Assembly: GCA_963693055.1 (NCBI GenBank)
Contig: OY843751.1
Coordinates: 384,001-448,000, forward strand
Direction of reading: 5' to 3'
Source: a bacterium
GTDB lineage: Bacteria > Zhuqueibacterota > Zhuqueibacteria > Residuimicrobiales > Krinioviventaceae
DNA: 64,000 nt
Part shown: positions 57,600-64,000 of the stretch, one piece after another
Layout: each line of letters opens with the position of its first letter
How positions within the stretch are numbered: the first letter of the stretch is position 1
The notes under the pieces: model-generated
Seen by the model: the letters and a program-made list of their open reading frames with translations, nothing else
Databases searched by the model: none
Told to the model about the DNA's origin: nothing
Made by a program: the position numbers and the translations under genes

Positions 57600-58961
57600 A
57601 TGGAATTGCAAGATCGTATTGAAATCGTCGAGAATGTTCGTTACCTGCTGGAAGTGCAGGATGAACCGAAAATTATGAATTTCATCATAGATACCCACCC
57701 CGCTGATCTCGCCGACATAATGCGTGAAATGGACGATGAAGAACGATTGCAATTATTCAAGTTTTTGGAAACAGAAACGGCCTCTGAAGTTCTCCTCGAA
57801 TTTGATGATGTGACCCGCGAACAAATTGTAAACAGACTTGAAACATCCCGACTGTCTGAGATTGTGGATGAAATGGACTCGGACGATGCTACTGACGTTG
57901 TGGCATCTTTGCCTGATGATGTTGCTGAATCAGTATTGACCAGCATTGGTGGTCAGGACCGGTTTGAAGTTGAAAAACTGTTGGTGCACGAAGAAGATAC
58001 CGCCGGTGGTATTATGGCGTTGGAGTTTATTGCGGTGTATGATGACGAGACCGTTGATGACGCCATTCAGGAAATTCGGCAGAAATCCAAAGAAGTTGAA
58101 GACGTTTATTATGTATATGCTATTGATCGCGGCGGTAGACTTGTTGGAATTGTGCCACTGAAAAATCTGATCTTGCGTAATCCGAAACGGCTGATCAAAG
58201 AAGTAATGGAAACCGATTTTATTTCGGTAACGGTAGAGCGCGACCAGGAAGACGTTGCCAATCTGGTACGTAAATATGATATGTTATCTGTTCCGGTTGT
58301 GGATGCTTATAACCGGTTGGTGGGGCGCATCACCATTGACGATGTAATGGACGTTGTGCAGGAAGAAGCTAATGAAGATATGCAGCGCATGGCGGGTATC
58401 TCGGATGAAGAAGTTTTACAGGAAACCTCAACTTTGAGGATTTCCCGTAACCGTCTGCCCTGGTTGTTTATTGCCTTTCTGGGAGAGATGGTTTCCGCTT
58501 TTATTATGCGAAGTTTTGGTGCTTCTCTGGAAAAAATAGTTTGGTTGTCCTTTTTCGTTCCGGTAATCATGGCAATGGGCGGAAATACCGGCATTCAATC
58601 TTCTACTATTATCATTCGCAGTATTTCTCTTGGTGAAGGCGGCGCAACCAAATTGTGGAAGCGGCTTTGGCGTGAATTGCGGGTTGGTTTTTTGATCGGA
58701 CTTATTTTTGCCGCTTTGATTTATCTTGTTGTATTTATCTGGATGGGTGAACCTATCTTTGGATTGGTATTGGCCCTGGCCTTGTTATGTGTATTGCTGA
58801 ATGCATCATTATTTGGAACAATAATCCCCATTACTTTGCACAAGTTGAAATATGATCCTGCTATTGCTACGGGACCTTTCATTACCACATCGAATGATAT
58901 TTTGGGTTTGCTGATTTATTTCAGTTTGGCTACGGCCTTTTTTAAATTGTTTGCGAACTAG
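57600..58961 (+). CDS. mgtE: Magnesium transporter MgtE
   Basis: HPAD, DTAGGIM, CBS pair, RLPWL, MGGNTG, DPAIATGPFITT.ND. Confidence 0.96.
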   Translation: MELQDRIEIVENVRYLLEVQDEPKIMNFIIDTHPADLADIMREMDDEERLQLFKFLETETASEVLLEFDDVTREQIVNRLETSRLSEIVDEMDSDDATDVVASLPDDVAESVLTSIGGQDRFEVEKLLVHEEDTAGGIMALEFIAVYDDETVDDAIQEIRQKSKEVEDVYYVYAIDRGGRLVGIVPLKNLILRNPKRLIKEVMETDFISVTVERDQEDVANLVRKYDMLSVPVVDAYNRLVGRITIDDVMDVVQEEANEDMQRMAGISDEEVLQETSTLRISRNRLPWLFIAFLGEMVSAFIMRSFGASLEKIVWLSFFVPVIMAMGGNTGIQSSTIIIRSISLGEGGATKLWKRLWRELRVGFLIGLIFAALIYLVVFIWMGEPIFGLVLALALLCVLLNASLFGTIIPITLHKLKYDPAIATGPFITTSNDILGLLIYFSLATAFFKLFAN

Positions 58962-58964
58962 ATT

Positions 58965-59738
58965 ATGGCCATTAGTAAGACAGATGCGGTTATTATCCAC
59001 AGCCGCAAACAGGGGGAAACCAGCAAAATCCTTACAGTTTACAGTGAGCAATTTGGAAAAATGCGATTGGTGGCAAAGGGGTCTCGTGGTGTTAAATCCA
59101 AATATCTCGGTATATTGGAAACGCTGAACCATGTTACCCTCATTTTTTACCGCAAAGAAAATCGGGATATTCAATACCTCAGCCAGGCGGATGTGGTTGA
59201 TCGGTTTTCATCTATACATGAACAGTTGGGCAAAATTGCATTGGCGGCTATTCCCTGCGAGATTATTGATCGGGCCGAGACCACTGAACATCAAAACCAG
59301 CCCTTGTTTCATTTACTTTTAGATACCCTGCACGCACTTGAACAAGCCAAAACCGGATTGAAAAATATTGTACGGTCTTTTTATCTATATTATATTAAAA
59401 TATCGGGCTTTGAACCGGAGATATCCTCATGCGCGCACTGTGGCGCCGATACCTATGATAGAAATTATTTTTTTGAATTGCAGAATGGAAACATTGCATG
59501 TGAGGATTGTGCCCTGGTAACAGAAAACAGTGTTCGGCTTTCGGGAAAAGCATTGGAAACACTGCAATGGTTGAACCGTGTAGACATGTCCCAGGTGTAT
59601 GATAAAACTTTACCAGCGCAGATTGGGGTAGAATTGGATGATTTGTTGGTTCCGTATCTTCGGTTCCATGTAGAGGGAATTCTCAATTTACGCTCATTGG
59701 ATCACTTGCACCAGTTACAGAGTCATCTTGAAAAATAA
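58965..59738 (+). CDS. recO: DNA repair protein RecO
   Basis: GETSKILTVYSEQFGK...AKG, GFEP...CAHC...CEDC zinc finger. Confidence 0.94.
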   Translation: MAISKTDAVIIHSRKQGETSKILTVYSEQFGKMRLVAKGSRGVKSKYLGILETLNHVTLIFYRKENRDIQYLSQADVVDRFSSIHEQLGKIALAAIPCEIIDRAETTEHQNQPLFHLLLDTLHALEQAKTGLKNIVRSFYLYYIKISGFEPEISSCAHCGADTYDRNYFFELQNGNIACEDCALVTENSVRLSGKALETLQWLNRVDMSQVYDKTLPAQIGVELDDLLVPYLRFHVEGILNLRSLDHLHQLQSHLEK

Positions 59739-59829
59739 ACTTGAATATGTCGTAATTTATTCGTAAATATATATTTTTAAATCCTTTGGATAATTTGAAA
59801 AGCTGTAAAAATAGATAAGGGTAAAAATA

Positions 59830-61155
59830 ATGGCTAAAACCGAATCCGTTATGGATAAGCTGGTGTCTTTGTGTAAAAGACGTGGATTTATATTTCAATC
59901 GAGTGATATTTACGGCGGATTGTCTGCTGTGTATGATTATGGTCCATTGGGCGTAGAGCTGAAAAACAATATCAAAAAATTCTGGTGGAAATGGATGGTA
60001 CAAACCCGCGATAATATCGTTGGGTTGGATGCGGCAATTTTGATGGCTGCACGTGTTTGGGAAGCTTCGGGCCACGTTGAAGGCTTTACTGATCCGTTAG
60101 TGGATTGTAAAAAATGTAAGCACCGTTTCCGTGAAGATTTGCTTGAAGATGCTTCCGTATGTCCCGATTGTGGCGGAGAGCTGACCGAATCACGCCAGTT
60201 TAACCTCATGTTCAAAACCAATATTGGTCCCGTTGAAGAAAGTTCCAGCGCAATCTTTTTGCGACCCGAGACCGCGCAGGGTATTTATGTAAACTTTCCC
60301 AATGTTGCGGATTCTACCCGTGTAAAAATTCCCTTTGGTATTGCACAAATCGGTAAAGCATTCCGTAACGAAATTACAACTGAAAATTTCATTTTCCGTA
60401 CCCGTGAATTTGAACAGATGGAAATGCAGTTTTTTGTTCGCCCCGGTACCGATAAAGAGCATTTTGAAAACTGGAAACAAGACCGTATCCGTTATTATGG
60501 TGAACTGGGTATCAATCCTGATAAAGTACGCTTTCATCAGCATGGCCCCAATGAACTTGCGCATTATGCAAAAGACGCGTTTGACATTGAATACGAATTT
60601 CCCTTTGGATGGAAAGAGCTGGAAGGTATCCACAACAGAACCGATTTTGACTTGAAACGTCACTCTGAATATACCGGTAAACCCCTGCTCTATACGGATG
60701 AAGAGATTAAAGAAAAATACATCCCCTATATTGTGGAAACTTCTGCCGGAGCGGACCGTACCGTGATGGCTGTTCTCTCTGATGCTTATGAAGAACAACA
60801 ATTGGAAAAAGATACCCGTACCGTGATGCATTTTGCTCCCGAGATTGCGCCTATCAAAGCTGGTATTTTCCCATTGGTGAAAAAAGAAGGTTTGCCCGAG
60901 ATCGCTCGCAAGATCCAGAATATGCTGAAACCGCATTACAATGTGTTCTATGATGAAGGTGGTGCAGTGGGCCGTCGGTATCGCCGTCAGGACGAGATCG
61001 GTACACCTTATTGTATTACAGTGGATTTTGATACCAAAGAAGATGAAGCTGTAACGATCCGTGAGCGCGACAGTATGGAACAGAGCCGCGTAAAAATCGA
61101 TGAACTGCGTAACTGGATGTTTGAGCGCATTGACAATCGCGTAAAATACGAATAA
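59830..61155 (+). CDS. glyQS: Glycine--tRNA ligase, homodimeric (alpha2) type
   Basis: KRRGF, YDYGPLG, LRPETAQG, GKAFRNEIT, RTREFEQME, GRRYRRQDEIGTP. Confidence 0.97.
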   Translation: MAKTESVMDKLVSLCKRRGFIFQSSDIYGGLSAVYDYGPLGVELKNNIKKFWWKWMVQTRDNIVGLDAAILMAARVWEASGHVEGFTDPLVDCKKCKHRFREDLLEDASVCPDCGGELTESRQFNLMFKTNIGPVEESSSAIFLRPETAQGIYVNFPNVADSTRVKIPFGIAQIGKAFRNEITTENFIFRTREFEQMEMQFFVRPGTDKEHFENWKQDRIRYYGELGINPDKVRFHQHGPNELAHYAKDAFDIEYEFPFGWKELEGIHNRTDFDLKRHSEYTGKPLLYTDEEIKEKYIPYIVETSAGADRTVMAVLSDAYEEQQLEKDTRTVMHFAPEIAPIKAGIFPLVKKEGLPEIARKIQNMLKPHYNVFYDEGGAVGRRYRRQDEIGTPYCITVDFDTKEDEAVTIRERDSMEQSRVKIDELRNWMFERIDNRVKYE

Positions 61156-61200
61156 TTTGTTAATTATATAGGACAGAGAAATTTGTCCTTGAAAATATTG

Positions 61201-61236
61201 CCCACCCAAAGGTTTTATGCTTTGGGTGGGTTTTTT
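61201..61236 (+). terminator. Rho-independent terminator
   Basis: cccacccaaag...ctttgggtgggtttttt. Confidence 0.92.
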
Positions 61237-61648
61237 ATTGTTTGAATTAAGATTTTTAGGATTAAAGGATTGTAGGATTTTGAAAAGGGGAAAGGTTGAT
61301 TCGCCAACTTGTTAGGCATATAATGTCGAATATAATATTTTCATAACAATGCCGAGTATGGGGACGAGATCAAAGTCGCATAAATTGTGTTAATGCCAGT
61401 CAATTGTGTGAATCCACCTTTTAGTGAATTTAAATCAGTCTGCATTAGTAGAGCAATTATGAGAGATTTTCTCTTGTGGTACAACAATTCCCTTGGGGAA
61501 TTTCAAAAAAACTCGAACTATTAAATGTGTTTTTATGATTTTGTTTTCAAAGGCTTTTATGGAAAATTCGAAAAACACGAAAAATAATAATTTTTATGTT
61601 AATTTTAAGTTAAAAATAAAAAAATATTAACGTTTTTTAAAGATAGAC

Positions 61649-61677
61649 TTGACATTTGTAAGGTAAAAGATTAAATT
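61649..61677 (+). promoter_or_regulatory. Putative sigma70 promoter
   Basis: TTGACA, 17-nt spacer, TAAATT, preceded by an A/T-rich UP-like tract. Confidence 0.55.
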
Positions 61678-61875
61678 AAAGATAGATTTTTGTATGTTAT
61701 ATTTGGTGGGCGGAATTAATCAATATTATCGGGGATCATATCTTTATTATCATTTTTGATGTTATTTTGGATTTTTTGCTGGAAGTTATATCTGTGTTTT
61801 TATTTTAATATTAAAAGGAGGTGATAACTGCTTTATTGTAGTAGGAGTGTTTTAGTATGATTTATTAATTACTTT

Positions 61876-63087
61876 GAAACCTCTGAAATATTATTAGAAT
61901 CAAAGGTAATAATTTACTAATTTGCTGTATGATAAAAAAAACTGGAGTTTTACATGGGTCGCAATAGAATACACAATGAAGACTTGTTTACCACAGCAGC
62001 AAATGAAAATTTCAAAAAGCATATAAAAACCCAAAGCAAACAAGCTCTGAAAATTATCAAAGAAAAAATTGATTGGCAAAATTTACTTGAACCCATTGAA
62101 GAACGTATTGAACAATCAAAAACCAGAAAATCAAATGCAGGCAAGCCGTCATTTGATTTGTTAGTTATTGTTCGTTGTTTTTTATTACAACGTATCTATG
62201 GTTTATCCGATCCTCGCCTGGAAGAAGAGATTGCGGATCGACGTAGTTTTCAATTGTTTCTGGAACTGACCAGTGCGGATGCAATCCCTGACGAGACCAC
62301 TATCTGTCGCTATCGTGAACAATTTTCTCGCCTTGGTCTTGATAAAATACTGTTCCGGCAATTCAACAAACAGCTTGAAAAAATGGGTCTGATCGTTGGC
62401 AAAGGAACACTTGTTGATGCAACTATAAAACAAGCACAAGCGAAACCAGGAAGCAAGCGTGATCGTGATGCAGATTTCACAAAGAAACGTGGCAAAACGC
62501 ATTATGGCTACAAAGGCCATATTGGTACAGATTTGGACAGTGATATTATTCATTCTGTAGAGTTTACCAGCGCAAGTATTCACGACACAAATCTTTTTCC
62601 GGATCTGATAACAGAAAAAGAAAATGCGGTGTTCGCAGATAAAGGTTACACGAACAAAGCCCGCAAGTGCAACCTGCGAGGCAAAGGAGTCTATTGCGGC
62701 ATTCTTGATAAAGGATATAGAAACCGAAATTTGACATCAAAGCAGGTAAAAAGAAATAAGCAATTATCTAAAGTTCGGAATGCAGTTGAAAGACCGTTTG
62801 CCTTTATGAAGCAAGTATTAGATTATGATCGGTGCAGTTATTATGATATGGGCCGAAATCGTTTTGAATTTGTGATTGCAGCATGGGTTTATAATATCAG
62901 GCGTATGGTTACATTAACCACTTGAGCCATTTCGTAGGTATATAACCTATGTATTAGAGTAATGATAGTAAATTTTGTCAAAGAACAATTTTAAATGTTA
63001 TAGATTTTATAAATATTTCATTCTCTTTGGAAAATTGAACTCAATTTATTAGTTCAATATGAAAAAATCCAATATTTCAGATGTTTC
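61876..63087 (+). mobile_element. Complete IS5-family insertion sequence (1212 bp)
   Basis: IRL gaaacctctgaaatatt (61876-61892) and IRR aatatttcagatgtttc (63071-63087) match 16/17. Flanking direct repeat tacttt at 61870-61875 and 63088-63093. Confidence 0.93.
61954..62925 (+). CDS. IS5 family DDE transposase
   Basis: YGLSDP.LEE, IPDETTICRYR, LVDATI, HYGYKGHI, FADKGY, RNAVERPF; intact 323-aa frame. Confidence 0.95.
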   Translation: MGRNRIHNEDLFTTAANENFKKHIKTQSKQALKIIKEKIDWQNLLEPIEERIEQSKTRKSNAGKPSFDLLVIVRCFLLQRIYGLSDPRLEEEIADRRSFQLFLELTSADAIPDETTICRYREQFSRLGLDKILFRQFNKQLEKMGLIVGKGTLVDATIKQAQAKPGSKRDRDADFTKKRGKTHYGYKGHIGTDLDSDIIHSVEFTSASIHDTNLFPDLITEKENAVFADKGYTNKARKCNLRGKGVYCGILDKGYRNRNLTSKQVKRNKQLSKVRNAVERPFAFMKQVLDYDRCSYYDMGRNRFEFVIAAWVYNIRRMVTLTT

Positions 63088-63115
63088 TACTTTATAACTT
63101 ATTTAGGAGGGACTT

Positions 63116-64000
63116 ATGAATTGGTCAAAAATATCTTTTATTACATTGATTTTATTATTTTGTGTAAATCTCGTTTTTGCTGAGTGGGTGCAATCTGAAT
63201 TTGTATTAAGCGGGATTGGACTCGGTGTTAATACACAACCGGATATGGCTTATTATAATGACCAAGATGATGCAGGTTTTAACTGTTTGATAAATTGGGA
63301 TAAAGCTACTCTTACACAAGCTAATAATTTTATAAATGATGTTGCTTCAAGTGATTTAACTAATAGTATTGTTGTATATCATTGGCAAAGTACGGAATAT
63401 GGTGCTACTGATCGAATTACCCATAATTCAATTGTTTCTGGAAATGCGATTGTACAAGGGCAAGTTGCATCTCAACTAGACAATTTGTATGATTCTTCAA
63501 TTCTTGGCTGGTTAGTCTGGGATGAACCTCTTGACAATGATGATTTCAATGATATAGAAGTAATGACTTCTTTAATTCAAAATCATTCAACTAGTGGAAT
63601 TACAAATACTTTACCATATACAAGTTTATTTCCTATTTATTCTACTCAAGTGGAAAGTAATTATACTGGTAGTACATATGTTGATAAATATAAAAAGTAC
63701 ATTGATAATTATCTATCTCGAATAAATGAGAATATAGTATTAAGTTCAGATATTTATCCTATAAAGACTATTGGTGGTTCACATGTTTTTCGGGATGATT
63801 ATTATCTTAATCTTGAAATTTTAAGAGATAAGGCTAACCAATATAGTACAAGTAATTACCAAATACCTGTATGGGTTATTATTCAACTCTCTAATCAGGT
63901 GCCAGCTGGTTATCCAGTGCCTGCTGCTACGGTAAAGGAAGTGAGTTTACAAATGTATTCTTCGTTGGCTTATGGTGCTAAAGGAATACTATATTATACT
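63116..64000 (+). CDS. Secreted glycoside-hydrolase-like (TIM barrel) protein, truncated by the window end; not in the ORF track
   Basis: AGGAGG RBS; MNWSKISFITLILLFCVNLVFA signal; frame open to the window end with AGFN, ILGWLVWDEP, LSSDIYP, PVWVIIQ, QMYSSLAYGAKGILYY. Confidence 0.75.
   Translation, partial: MNWSKISFITLILLFCVNLVFAEWVQSEFVLSGIGLGVNTQPDMAYYNDQDDAGFNCLINWDKATLTQANNFINDVASSDLTNSIVVYHWQSTEYGATDRITHNSIVSGNAIVQGQVASQLDNLYDSSILGWLVWDEPLDNDDFNDIEVMTSLIQNHSTSGITNTLPYTSLFPIYSTQVESNYTGSTYVDKYKKYIDNYLSRINENIVLSSDIYPIKTIGGSHVFRDDYYLNLEILRDKANQYSTSNYQIPVWVIIQLSNQVPAGYPVPAATVKEVSLQMYSSLAYGAKGILYYT

Noticed and set aside
60190-61209. 339-aa antisense ORF over glyQS
   Set aside because: Shadow frame of a highly conserved gene; no recognisable motifs.
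61302-61317. gccaac..gttaggc resembling an integron attC core
   Set aside because: Only about 2 nt separate the boxes; there is no attC-length stem, cassette array or integrase.
1-64000. Alternative genetic code (TAA as sense)
   Set aside because: Many conserved genes (e.g. pepD, the RND permease, glyQS) end at TAA at their expected C-termini, followed by terminators.

Overview
A gene-dense bacterial chromosomal segment, mostly + strand. It most likely comes from a non-Bacteroidota member of the FCB group (KSB1/Calditrichota-like). This is an inference from 'QNYPNPFNP' C-terminal sorting domains, a PorV/PorQ-family gene, TTGACA-type promoters and strong Shine-Dalgarno sites. 0.3-25 kb holds a secreted FG-GAP/PL11-like protein and three envelope-spanning transport operons (LolCDE/LolA-like plus an OM barrel; TolC-MFP-RND; Yip1-TolC-MFP-MacB-type), with pepD and a DUF4097 protein between them. 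29-47 kb is an accessory region. It holds a BlaI / M56-TonB / TPR operon with its promoter and operators, a 2547-aa surface protein with four near-identical 369-bp repeats and a degenerate GH99-like domain, two genes each broken by one in-frame TAA (one is a META lipoprotein absent from the ORF track), a PorV-like barrel and a motif-degenerate ABC/AAA_15-type ATPase. 48-61 kb is housekeeping (pfp, pheA, envC, holB, ricT, metG, tatD, rsmA, mgtE, recO, glyQS). A complete IS5-family element (17-bp IRs, 6-bp target duplication) sits in the leader of a secreted glycoside-hydrolase-like gene that runs off the window. Several degenerate periodic palindromic intergenic elements are present. No rRNA, tRNA or CRISPR array was seen. 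All family calls come from reading motifs by eye; no database search was run.
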